Below the pieces are notes generated by a model, which was not told the DNA's origin, searched no databases, and saw nothing but the letters and a program-made list of their open reading frames with translations. From Polyangiaceae bacterium (GTDB taxonomy: Bacteria > Myxococcota_A > Polyangia > Polyangiales > Polyangiaceae): a DNA stretch of 64,000 nt. Below, one piece after another: positions 1-8,400 of this stretch; the stretch's first letter is position 1, and each line of letters starts with the position of its first letter. The stretch is taken from NCBI GenBank assembly GCA_965222375.1, contig CBDCTZ010000013.1, positions 1 to 64,000 on the forward strand. Reading direction: 5' to 3'. Both the position numbers and the translations under genes were made by a program.

Positions 1-22
1 GTCCCCGTAGTGCTCACCCCCA

Positions 23-245
23 GCCCCGCGGCGGACGCTCATGAGTCCGGCGCGGGGCGAGCCGTGGATCGCGCAAGCGCACCCTGGCGTCGACAGATTG
101 AGTCTGGCTAATGCTTCGCTGGCCTGCGGCGCAGCGCCAAACAGCGACGGGGTCGGCCGCTCACCCCGAACTCCATCCGGGCATGGACGCCTTCGGCGCC
201 GTCTGGCCCAGCGCTCGCATTAGCCAGCCAGTGACGTGGATGGTG
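23..245. other. Conserved structured non-coding segment, copy 1 (ncRNA or ssDNA structure)
   Basis: Hairpin GCCCCGCG/CGCGGGGC and long-range stem CTGGCTAATGC (104-114)/GCATTAGCCAG (217-227); repeated at 9698, 19541 and 37411. Confidence 0.6.
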
Positions 246-605
246 TCAGCCGCTCACGAGGCGTTGAAGCTTCTTCTTGGTGAGGAAGGCATCGATGAGT
301 TTTTTGATCACGTCCTTGTCCTCGTCGGGAAGTAGCTCGACCTCTTGGAACTGGCGAAGCAATTCCCTGTCCTTGAAGTCCGCTCGAGCGGCATCCTTGG
401 TGCAGCCCTCGAGCAAGTAGTCGGCGGAGACGTCGAGGGCGTCGGCAAGCCTTGCGAGGGTATCGGCCGAGGGGCGCGAAGCCTCGCGCTCATAGCGACC
501 GATGTGGTTGTAGTGAACGTCAACCAGCTCAGCGAGCTCGGCTTGGGACAGACCTCGTTGTTTGCGCAGCTGCCTGAGGCGTTTGGCGAATCCATCGTTG
601 GCCAT
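246..605 (-). CDS. XRE-family helix-turn-helix transcriptional regulator
   Basis: FAKRLRQLRKQRGLSQAELAELVDVHYNHIGRYER..PS..LARLADALDVSADYLL is a typical XRE HTH; start at ATG 605 is a choice (ORF track extends to 665). Confidence 0.9.
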   Translation of the reverse strand: MANDGFAKRLRQLRKQRGLSQAELAELVDVHYNHIGRYEREASRPSADTLARLADALDVSADYLLEGCTKDAARADFKDRELLRQFQEVELLPDEDKDVIKKLIDAFLTKKKLQRLVSG

Positions 606-770
606 GTAGCTGTCATGCGAGAGGAATGGATCCATAGCAAGCGTTGGTGGTGTAAATACAACCAAGTTTGAGGCTCAACTCGACTCTTTGCGTCAATTTT
701 CCCACTACAAGTGATGTATTTGCTCTTCTTGGCTACGAACGGCACGGCCCTGTCCTCGCAGCAGCTCTAG

Positions 771-2456
771 AGACCCGATCAAATTCTAGCGGCGGCGTCG
801 AAATACAAAGCAAGTTCGATCGCTTAGAAGCCAGGATCGACGCGCCGGGCGTGTAGTGATCAAACGGGGTCAGGAGGACCCCATGGAGATCTGGAAGGCG
901 CCGGTCGAGCTGTCGCGTGGTGAGAAGTTCATCGCAAAGCGATGTGCGAAACGCAGAGTATTCGTATTCCTGCGCGAGCTGCGACATAGGATTTTTGACG
1001 AAGAGATGCAGGCGAAGCTGACGGAGGCATATTCGCCCGTGGAGCGGGGGCGTGGTCGCGTCCCGCCTGCTCAACTCGGCCTTGCGATGTTGCTGCAGGC
1101 CGCGCTGCGTGTGCCCGACCACGAGGTGGTTGAGCTTACGTTGATGGATCGCCGCTGGCAAATGGTGCTCAACTGTGCGGGAATCGAAGTGCCGCTCTTC
1201 TCGCAAGGCACGTTTTACAACTTTCGCCAGCGCGTCATTGCGCATGGGCTCGACGAGCTGCTCTTCAACAAGACGGTCGAACTCGCACGCGAGACGGGCG
1301 GATTCAGTGCAACGCACCTGCGTGCTGCATTCGACGCCAGCCCACTATGGGGCGCGGGTCGCGTCGAGGACACCTTCAATCTCATCGGGCGCGCCTCGCT
1401 ACACGTCGTTCGCACGGCAGCGCGGCGGCTCGGTCAACCCGTCGACAAGGTCGCGGCTGCTGCGGGGATCCCAGTACTCAACGCCACCAGCATCAAGACA
1501 GGGCTCGACATCGACTGGGACGACCCTGGGGCGCGCACCAAGGCGCTCGGTCGACTGCTCAAGCAGGTACAGTCACTCGGCCGCTTTCTCGAAAAAGAGC
1601 TGACGAAACCGCTGAAAGAAGCGCCGCTGGCCGGGCAGTGGGCACTGGTGGAAAAAGCTCGTCTCGCAGGGACACCGAGCCCGATCCAGACGGGGACGGA
1701 GGGAGCCGGATCACACGCGGCGTGGCGAAGGACCGACGCATTAGCGTGAGTGACCCCGACATGCGTCATGGCCGCAAGAGCAAGAAGAAACGCATCGACG
1801 GCTACAAGCGACACATCGCGATACAGCTCGATACGCCCGGCATCATCTGCGCCGTCGCGATCACCCCCGCGAATCGTCCTGAACGTGTCGCTTCGGCAGA
1901 ATTACTCGAACAGTGCGGCTCCGTTTCAGAACTCTACATCGATCGAGGCTACCTTGGCGACGATGCGATCGAATCCCGTCGCGCCGAAGGAACAGAGGTT
2001 TTCTGCAAACCGTTTCCGTTGCGCAACGGCGGGCGCTTCACCAAGGCCGATTTCAAGCTCGATCTGGCTGCGGGAATCGCCCGTTGTCCCGAAGGCGTTG
2101 CGGTTAAAGCGAGCGCTGGCTCCGTCGCTCGCTTCCCAGCTGCCCGCTGCGATGTATGTCGCAGCCGCGACGACTGCACGCGCGCCGCCCCGGGGCGTGG
2201 CCGCAGCGTCACGCTACACCCCCATGAGCCCTTCCACATCCAGCTGCGCGAAAACGCCCGCACGCGCGAAGGCCGCGCCCGCCTTCGCAAGCGTACTGCC
2301 GTCGAACACAGCCTCGCGACCCTGCATAACCGCCAAGGCGACCGTGCTCGCTACCGTGGTCAGCGCAACAACCTCTTCGACCTCCGCCGGCACGCTGCTC
2401 TCAGCAACCTGAGCGTTATCGATCAGTTGCGAGTTGCCGCTTAAGTGGTCAGGCCC
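771..2456 (+). mobile_element. Insertion sequence, IS1182/IS5-like DDE type, copy 1
   Basis: Flanked by CTAG at 767-770 and 2457-2460 (likely target duplication); imperfect terminal inverted repeats AGACCCGATCAAATT vs GGGCCTGACCACTTA (right end, reverse complement). Confidence 0.75.
883..2444 (+). pseudogene. Frameshifted DDE transposase (IS1182/IS5-like)
   Basis: Split into ORFs 856..1749 and 1347..2444; has an extra A (~1652-1656) and extra G (~1669-1671) relative to the intact copy at 10557..12116; AGGAGG precedes ATG 883. Confidence 0.8.
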
Positions 2457-2518
2457 CTAGCGGTTGGGCGGAGCGACCACGACGGACGGTCCGATCTGGG
2501 CCGTGACGATCGCAGCCG

Positions 2519-2959
2519 TCAGCCTGCTTTTCGTGCGTACTCGTTGACGAGGGCCCGGACGGTTTCAATGATCTTGCGTTGTTGTTTACGGGGCAGCCGA
2601 CGAACGTCGTCGAAGGTGCGTTGAAGCTCACCAACGGGCCCTGGGCGACTTCTTTGTCTCGAACCGTTGAGGACGAGCAGGTCTTCGACGTGAGTGCCGA
2701 GAGCTTTTGCCATCGCGGGAAGCAGCTCAGAGCGTGGTGGTTTGTCACTCCATTCCCAGAACGCGATATTGGCGTGGGGCACGTCAAGGTGGCGGGCGAG
2801 CTCGATTTGGGTGAGACCGGCCGCTTTTCGAAGTGCGAGTAAGCGAGCTCCTTGCTTGGGCCTTGGCCCTTTTGCTGCTTTGGCTTTGCGCGGCACGGGG
2901 CCAGTGTACGGGGTGATCTCGGGTGACACGGGCTGACTGAGCTCCTGAGGCTTGCACAA
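2519..2959 (-). CDS. XRE-family HTH regulator, divergent from primase
   Basis: GARLLALRKAAGLTQIELARHLDVPHANIAFWE..PP..LPAMAKALG; start uncertain. Confidence 0.85.
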   Translation of the reverse strand: MCKPQELSQPVSPEITPYTGPVPRKAKAAKGPRPKQGARLLALRKAAGLTQIELARHLDVPHANIAFWEWSDKPPRSELLPAMAKALGTHVEDLLVLNGSRQRSRPGPVGELQRTFDDVRRLPRKQQRKIIETVRALVNEYARKAG

Positions 2960-2978
2960 TTCTCAGTTTACTGAGAAT
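2959..2978. promoter_or_regulatory. Putative operator palindrome between XRE and primase genes
   Basis: ATTCTCAGT-TT-ACTGAGAAT, perfect 9-bp inverted repeat in the divergent intergenic region. Confidence 0.55.
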
Positions 2979-3050
2979 CTCGGAGCATATCAACTGAGCG
3001 GAACACAAGTCGCACTTTTCGATTGACAGCCTTTTTCAAGGAGCAGCGCG

Positions 3051-6000
3051 ATGGCCCGAATTCCCGAAGAAGAAATCGAGCGGTTAAAGGCCCAGATTTC
3101 GCTTCAGCGCCTGGCTGAAGCGAAGGGCATCAAGCTCAAGAAACACGGGTCGGACTTGATCGGGCTGTGCCCGTTTCACGACGACCGAGAGCCGAGCCTG
3201 GTGATCACACCCGACAAGAACCTCTGGCACTGCCTGGGAGCGTGTCAGGCGGGTGGCACGGTGATCGACTGGGTGATGAAGGCCGAGGGCCTGAGCTTTC
3301 GACACGCGGTGGAAGTGCTGCGTAAAGACCTTCCATCCTTAGCTGCAGAGTCGCCGAAGCGACGGCCGCCGAAGTACGGCACGGCAAGGAAGCTGCCGGT
3401 GGTGGGAGCACAGAGCGCGGACAACGACGAGCTGCTGCGCGAGGTTGTCGCCTACTACCACCAAGCGCTGTTGGAGAGCCCGGAGGCGTTGGCGTACTTG
3501 GAAAAGCGAGGCATTCGAGACGAGGAGGCCATCGAGCGCTTCCAGCTTGGCTTCTCGAACCGCACGCTAGGCTACCGTTTGCCAGCGAAGAACCGCCACC
3601 GGGGCGGAGAGCTACGGAGGCGGCTGGCGGAGGTCGGTGTGTACCGACAGAGCGGTCACGAGCACCTAAATGGCTCGCTGGTCATTCCGGTCTTCGACGC
3701 CGAGGGTCAGGTGGTGGAGATGTACGGGCGTAAGATCACGCCTCGACTGCGTCCGGGGACACCAATGCACCTGTACTTGCCCGGCCCCCATCGCGGCGTC
3801 TGGAACCTCTCCGGCATTGCAGACGCCCGGGAAGTGATTCTTTGCGAAAGCCTGATCGACGCGCTGACCTTCTGGTGCGCAGGCTATCGGAACGTGACGA
3901 CGGCCTACGGCGTGGAGGGCTTCACCGATGAGTTGCGCACAGCACTGACGACGCAAGATGTCGAGCGCGTGCTGATCGCATACGATCGGGACGACGCCGG
4001 CGAGCGGGCGGCGGACAAGCTGTCACGAGAGCTGGCGGAGCTGGCAGTGGGCAGCGCGCGGGTGCTGTTTCCGAAAGGCATGGACGCGAACGAGTACGCG
4101 CTGAAGGTGGGCCCAGCGGCACAGAGCTTGGGCCTTTCGCTGCGGCAGGCAGAGTGGATCAGCGAGGGCAAACCACGGCCGGCTGCAGCCGAGCCGACTG
4201 AGTCGATCGAGCGACAAGCCACACAGCCTGCCGGCGCCAACGAAGCCGAGGTGGTGATCGTTGCGAAGCAGCCGCCAGCAAGTCCGCCCCCACCCCATCC
4301 TTCCTTAGCCGCCAATCCGAGCGTCGAGCCCGAGGTGACGGGCGATGACCTGGTGTTTCGATTTGGCGATCGACGTTGGCGAGTGCGCGTGGCGTTGAAG
4401 GGTGGCCCGGAACAACTGCGCACGAACCTGCACATCTCGCGAGCGGGCGGGGCGTTTCACGTCGACACGGTGGAGCTGTACTCGGCGAGGCAGCGCGGCG
4501 TCTTCACAAAGGAAGCGGCGGCAGAGCTGGGCCTGGAAGAGCGTGTGGTCAAGCGTGAGCTGGGCGCCGTGCTCCTCAAGCTCGAGGAGCGGCAAGAAGC
4601 CGAGCGCAAGGCGGCTGAGGCTGAGGCGAAGCCAGCTCAGATGGGCGATGTGGCTCGGAAGGCAGCACTGGAGCTGCTGCGAGATCCGAAATTGGTGGAG
4701 CGGATCTTGGAAGACTTCGGGCGTTGCGGAGTGGTTGGCGAGCAAACGAACAAACTCGTCGGCTACTTAGCTGCCACCAGCCGGAAACTGGATGAGCCGC
4801 TGGCGGTGATCATCCAGAGCTCGAGCGCGGCGGGCAAGTCGTCGCTGATGGACGCGGTGCTGTGTCTGATGCCCGAGGAGGAGCGCGTGCAGTACTCAGC
4901 GATGACGGGGCAGAGCTTGTTTTACATGGGCGAGAGCGATCTGGCGCACAAGATCTTGGCCATCGTCGAGGAGGAGGGCGCCGAGCGAGCGAGCTACGCG
5001 CTGAAGCTGCTGCAGAGCGAGGGCGAGCTGACCATCGCGAGCACGGGCAAAGATCCAGCGACGGGACGGCTGGTGACGCAGGAGTACCGGGTGCAGGGGC
5101 CGGTGATGATCTTCTTGACGACGACGGCGATCGAGGTAGACGAAGAGCTGCTCAACCGCTGCATCGTGCTGACGGTGGACGAGGGGCGGGAGCAAACGCG
5201 AGCGATCCACGAGCGTCAGCGACAGCTACGGACGCTGGAGGGAGTGAAGACCCGGCACGAGCGGGCACGCCTGCTGGAACTGCACCAGAACGCTCAGCGC
5301 CTTTTGAGGCCGCTTTCGGTGGTCAATCCGTATGCGGAGCAGCTGACGTTTCCAGATCATCGAACACGGATGCGTCGAGATCACACGAAGTACCTGGGTC
5401 TGATCGAGACGATCGCGCTGCTGCACCAGTACCAGCGGCCGGTGCAGGAGGTGGAGCATCGGGGAGCGAAGCTGAGGTATGTGGAGGTGACGCGAGAGGA
5501 CATCGAACTCGCGAACCGCCTGACCCGCGAGGTGCTGGGCCGGAGCCTGGACGAGCTGCCGCCACAAACACGGCGCTTGCTCGGCCTCGTCGACGCGCTG
5601 GTCGCCCAGGAGACGAAGCGGCTCGGCTTGAACCGATGCGACTATCGATTTAGCCGCCGAGAGCTGCGGGAGCACAGCGGCTGGGGCGACACGCAGCTGA
5701 AGGTGCACCTGGGGCGGCTGGCGGAGCTGGAGTACGTGCTGGTGCATCGTGGGCGTCAGGGTCAAAGCTACGTGTACGAGCTGTGTTGGAGCAGCGAGGA
5801 GGGCGCAGGCACATCGCTTGCGGGTCTCGTCGACGCGGAAGGACTCGATGCGTCGAGTACGACGCACACTTCGCGGGGCTCAGAGGCAACTTCGCGGGGG
5901 GCAGACCCCAACTTCGCGGGGGTCGGTCGGCCCCTGGTCGGCCCCCGGTCGGGGGGTGGTCGGGGTGGTGAAAACCGGGCGGCGCAGGAGCAAAACGGCT

Positions 6001-6104
6001 CGAATGGTGATCGCAACGCCGCGAGCGGCAAAAACGCACGTCGCGGGAACGGTCTGTCACAATCGTCGTACGCAAGTGGCGTCGTACAAGCACGGGGGCG
6101 CTGA
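3051..6104 (+). CDS. CHC2 zinc finger-Toprim DNA primase fused to P-loop NTPase/helicase-like and C-terminal winged-helix-like domains
   Basis: CPFHDDREPS..WHCLGAC zinc finger; CESLIDA, AYDRDDAG and KGMDANE Toprim motifs; SSSAAGKSSL Walker A-like and ILAIVEEEG Walker B-like; AAGGAG RBS. Confidence 0.9.
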   Translation: MARIPEEEIERLKAQISLQRLAEAKGIKLKKHGSDLIGLCPFHDDREPSLVITPDKNLWHCLGACQAGGTVIDWVMKAEGLSFRHAVEVLRKDLPSLAAESPKRRPPKYGTARKLPVVGAQSADNDELLREVVAYYHQALLESPEALAYLEKRGIRDEEAIERFQLGFSNRTLGYRLPAKNRHRGGELRRRLAEVGVYRQSGHEHLNGSLVIPVFDAEGQVVEMYGRKITPRLRPGTPMHLYLPGPHRGVWNLSGIADAREVILCESLIDALTFWCAGYRNVTTAYGVEGFTDELRTALTTQDVERVLIAYDRDDAGERAADKLSRELAELAVGSARVLFPKGMDANEYALKVGPAAQSLGLSLRQAEWISEGKPRPAAAEPTESIERQATQPAGANEAEVVIVAKQPPASPPPPHPSLAANPSVEPEVTGDDLVFRFGDRRWRVRVALKGGPEQLRTNLHISRAGGAFHVDTVELYSARQRGVFTKEAAAELGLEERVVKRELGAVLLKLEERQEAERKAAEAEAKPAQMGDVARKAALELLRDPKLVERILEDFGRCGVVGEQTNKLVGYLAATSRKLDEPLAVIIQSSSAAGKSSLMDAVLCLMPEEERVQYSAMTGQSLFYMGESDLAHKILAIVEEEGAERASYALKLLQSEGELTIASTGKDPATGRLVTQEYRVQGPVMIFLTTTAIEVDEELLNRCIVLTVDEGREQTRAIHERQRQLRTLEGVKTRHERARLLELHQNAQRLLRPLSVVNPYAEQLTFPDHRTRMRRDHTKYLGLIETIALLHQYQRPVQEVEHRGAKLRYVEVTREDIELANRLTREVLGRSLDELPPQTRRLLGLVDALVAQETKRLGLNRCDYRFSRRELREHSGWGDTQLKVHLGRLAELEYVLVHRGRQGQSYVYELCWSSEEGAGTSLAGLVDAEGLDASSTTHTSRGSEATSRGADPNFAGVGRPLVGPRSGGGRGGENRAAQEQNGSNGDRNAASGKNARRGNGLSQSSYASGVVQARGR
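5868..5963 (+). repeat. Iteron-like phased direct repeats in primase 3' end
   Basis: ACTTCGCGGGG at 5868, 5889, 5911 then GGTCGG at 5925, 5936, 5947, 5958. Confidence 0.7.
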
Positions 6105-6107
6105 GCG

Positions 6108-7211
6108 ATGCCGATCAAGCGCGGCAACAAGCAGCCCCCGCGTCCGATTGGTGATCCAAACGAGCCGGACGGGTTTTGGATTTGGTCGCAGCGCTTCTTG
6201 CAGTGGCTGCAGACGCGGAACTACTCGGCGCACACGGTGGAGAGCCGTCAGATCGGGCTGAGGCGCTTCGTGCAGTGGTGCGAGGCCCGCAACCTGTATC
6301 GACCGTCGCAGCTCACGAAGCCGATGCTGGAGCGTTACCAGAGGCACCTGTACCTGCTGCGGCGCCCGGACGGAGGCCCGCAGATGTCGTTTCGGACGCA
6401 GCACGTGATGCTGACGGCGGTGCGGCGCTTCTTTCGGTGGATGGTGAAGCAAAACGCCCTGCCCTCGAACCCTGCGAGCGAGCTGGAGCTTCCACGGCTG
6501 CCGCATCGATTGCCCCGGGACGTGCTGAGCGCAGAAGAAGTCGAGGAAGTGCTGTCCCAGGTGAACACCGCCACGGCGCTCGGGGTGCGAGACCGGGCGA
6601 TTTTGGAGCTGATGTACTCGACGGGGATCCGTCGCAGCGAGGTGACTGGGCTCAGCCTGAGCGATTTGGACGTGGAGCGTGGGACGCTGATGGTGCGTGA
6701 GGGCAAGGGGCAGCGAGATCGGATGTTGCCGGTGGGAGAGCGAGCGCTGGCCTGGGCGAAGCGTTACATCCGCGACGTGCGCCCCGAGCTGATGGTGATG
6801 CCCGATCCCGGCGCCCTCTTCCTAACGAACATGGGCGAGGCGCTGTTGCCCCCCGGGCTGTCGCAGAACATCCGGCGTTACGTGCGCAAAGCTGGCAAGC
6901 GTGGAGCGTGTCACGTGTTTCGGCATGCGATGGCCACGCACATGCTCGAGGGAGGCGCCGACGTGCGCTACGTGCAGGAAATGCTGGGGCACACGTCGCT
7001 GGAATCGACGCAGGTGTACACGCGAGTGAGCATCCGCAAGCTCAAAGCGATCCACGCGGCGACGCACCCGACGGCGCAGCCAGAGCGCCCGCTGGCCAAG
7101 ACGGCGGGACGTCGCGAGCCATCACGGCCACCGAGGGCGTCGCAGACGGCTACGGCAGAGAAATGCTCCTCGCCCTTAGCCGCCACGCAGCGCCGCGAGG
7201 ACGACGAGTAG
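6108..7211 (+). CDS. XerC/XerD-like site-specific tyrosine recombinase
   Basis: Catalytic set R (GIRRSE), K (REGKG), HxxR (CHVFRH), LGH, Y (TQVYT); N-terminal SAM-like region. Confidence 0.93.
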   Translation: MPIKRGNKQPPRPIGDPNEPDGFWIWSQRFLQWLQTRNYSAHTVESRQIGLRRFVQWCEARNLYRPSQLTKPMLERYQRHLYLLRRPDGGPQMSFRTQHVMLTAVRRFFRWMVKQNALPSNPASELELPRLPHRLPRDVLSAEEVEEVLSQVNTATALGVRDRAILELMYSTGIRRSEVTGLSLSDLDVERGTLMVREGKGQRDRMLPVGERALAWAKRYIRDVRPELMVMPDPGALFLTNMGEALLPPGLSQNIRRYVRKAGKRGACHVFRHAMATHMLEGGADVRYVQEMLGHTSLESTQVYTRVSIRKLKAIHAATHPTAQPERPLAKTAGRREPSRPPRASQTATAEKCSSPLAATQRREDDE

Positions 7212-7241
7212 CGGTCGCCGCGTGCACGCAATTGCCGCTCC

Positions 7242-7473
7242 GCCCCCCAGCGCGAGTCGCTCGCTCGGCGGTGCGCATAAGGCAGCCTTATGCGCACCGC
7301 CCGGCGTCATGGGGCTTGCACACCTGCGGTGGGCGGGTCAGGGGCTACGCCCCTACGCCCCCGATGGTCGCTACCCCGAAAGGTTGTAGCTGACGTCTGG
7401 CAAGCCCCACGCCGCCGGGTGCCCTCGCTCGCTAAACATAACAAGAGAATTATGTTTCCTCGCGCTGGGGGGC
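7242..7473. other. Folded region with two dif-like palindromes (candidate recombination site or origin), copy 1
   Basis: 15-bp outer inverted repeat 7242-7256/7459-7473; 35-bp palindrome 7267-7301 containing GGTGCGCATAA arms; AAACATAA-N8-TTATGTTT at 7434-7457. Confidence 0.65.
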
Positions 7474-7655
7474 TGCGCTCCCCGGTGTGCGTCGCGTGCA
7501 CGCCCCACTGCACGCGCTGGTGCCTGCGATGACGTCCCGGTCAGCGCGGCGGCCCCGCCCCGCCGCGCTGACCTCGTGGCGTCGTGGTGCGCCCGCCCGC
7601 CCCCACGCGATGCGACCTTGTTGCAAGCGGCCCCGACAACGGGCGGCTAGGTGCT

Positions 7656-7895
7656 ATGCTCCCTCTCGTGAACGCGCTCAAAGCACATGTGAAGAACGGG
7701 CAGATTGTCCTCGACGAACCGGCGGAACTCACCAATGGCATGCCCGTGACCGTGTATCTGTGCAACTCCGAGGGCGATTCGCTGAGCGACAAGGAGCGCG
7801 CCGAGTTGCATCGCTCAATTGAACGCGGTCTCGGGCAATTGGAGCGCGGCGAAGTCGTCGACGCCGACGAAGTGCTCGCGGAACTCGAGCGCTGA
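7656..7895 (+). CDS. Putative type II antitoxin (AF2212/DUF104-like N-terminus)
   Basis: ALKAHVKNGQIVLDEPAEL..GMPVTV with acidic C-terminus GEVVDADEVLAEL; directly upstream of a RelE/ParE-like gene; start uncertain. Confidence 0.65.
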   Translation: MLPLVNALKAHVKNGQIVLDEPAELTNGMPVTVYLCNSEGDSLSDKERAELHRSIERGLGQLERGEVVDADEVLAELER

Positions 7896-7897
7896 AC

Positions 7898-8206
7898 GTG
7901 ATCGTCCACTTCTCCCGTGAAGCGCGGGAGGCCGCAAAAGACAAACGACAGTGGTGGGAGGCGCACCGGGACAAGGCGCCCGACCTCTTCCGTGAGGAAC
8001 TGCGTGCTGTCGTGGCGAGGTTGCGCACCTCTCCCACGGTCGGGGCGCAGCGCTACGTGCAAGTGCGAGGACAGCTAGTCTGGCGCGTGTTGATGCCGAA
8101 GACGCGGAACTTTGTGTACTTCCATGTTGACGAGGCCCGCAGCGTGGTCGGCGTCATCACGCTTTGGAATGCCATCGGCGAGAAGCAACCCGACTTCTCC
8201 ACTTAG
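7898..8206 (+). CDS. RelE/ParE-family toxin
   Basis: 102 aa, MIVHFSREA start, P.VG motif, RVLMPKTRNFVYF, V.VITLW end; tightly coupled to the antitoxin. Confidence 0.75.
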   Translation: MIVHFSREAREAAKDKRQWWEAHRDKAPDLFREELRAVVARLRTSPTVGAQRYVQVRGQLVWRVLMPKTRNFVYFHVDEARSVVGVITLWNAIGEKQPDFST

Positions 8207-8400
8207 CCGCCAGAATCACGTCTCAAAACGCGTCTGCGCACCCAGTCTCGCGTCGACGAAGAAGCGCGTGTAAGCTCAAACACGCGTCAGGGGATTTTCG
8301 CCGCAGAGCGGGACCTCGCATCAGGTCGTTGAGTTTCTAAGCTGCCGAACGCGCCCGACAAATCGGAGCTGCGCGTACGACGTTTGCGTCAGAGACCACT

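Larger units (their letters stand above)
23..8400 (+). mobile_element. Primase-integrase integrative element, copy 1 (ends approximate)
   Basis: Same module order as three other copies in the window; homology starts at hairpin GCCCCGCGGCGGAC and ends where Rhs-core codons begin. Confidence 0.75.

Noticed and set aside
41..223. 60-aa ORF repeated at 9716 and 37381
   Set aside because: Lies on the structured segment, has no protein-like composition, and the compensatory change favours nucleic-acid structure.
104..227. Retron msr-msd or ribozyme
   Set aside because: Terminal inverted repeats resemble a1/a2, but there is no reverse transcriptase in the window and I could not find a recognisable ribozyme core.
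3023..3028. TTGACA as -35 box for the primase
   Set aside because: Only ~22 nt from the ATG with no -10 box at proper spacing; conserved but role unclear.
5868..5963. CRISPR array (also the repeats at 46254-46350)
   Set aside because: Repeats and spacers are far too short and there are no cas genes; the second set are IS21 end repeats.
6108..7211. Housekeeping xerC and dnaG, or an integron integrase
   Set aside because: Four copies in a mobile context; the primase has an extra NTPase domain; the recombinase lacks the IntI-specific insertion and no attC cassette array is visible.
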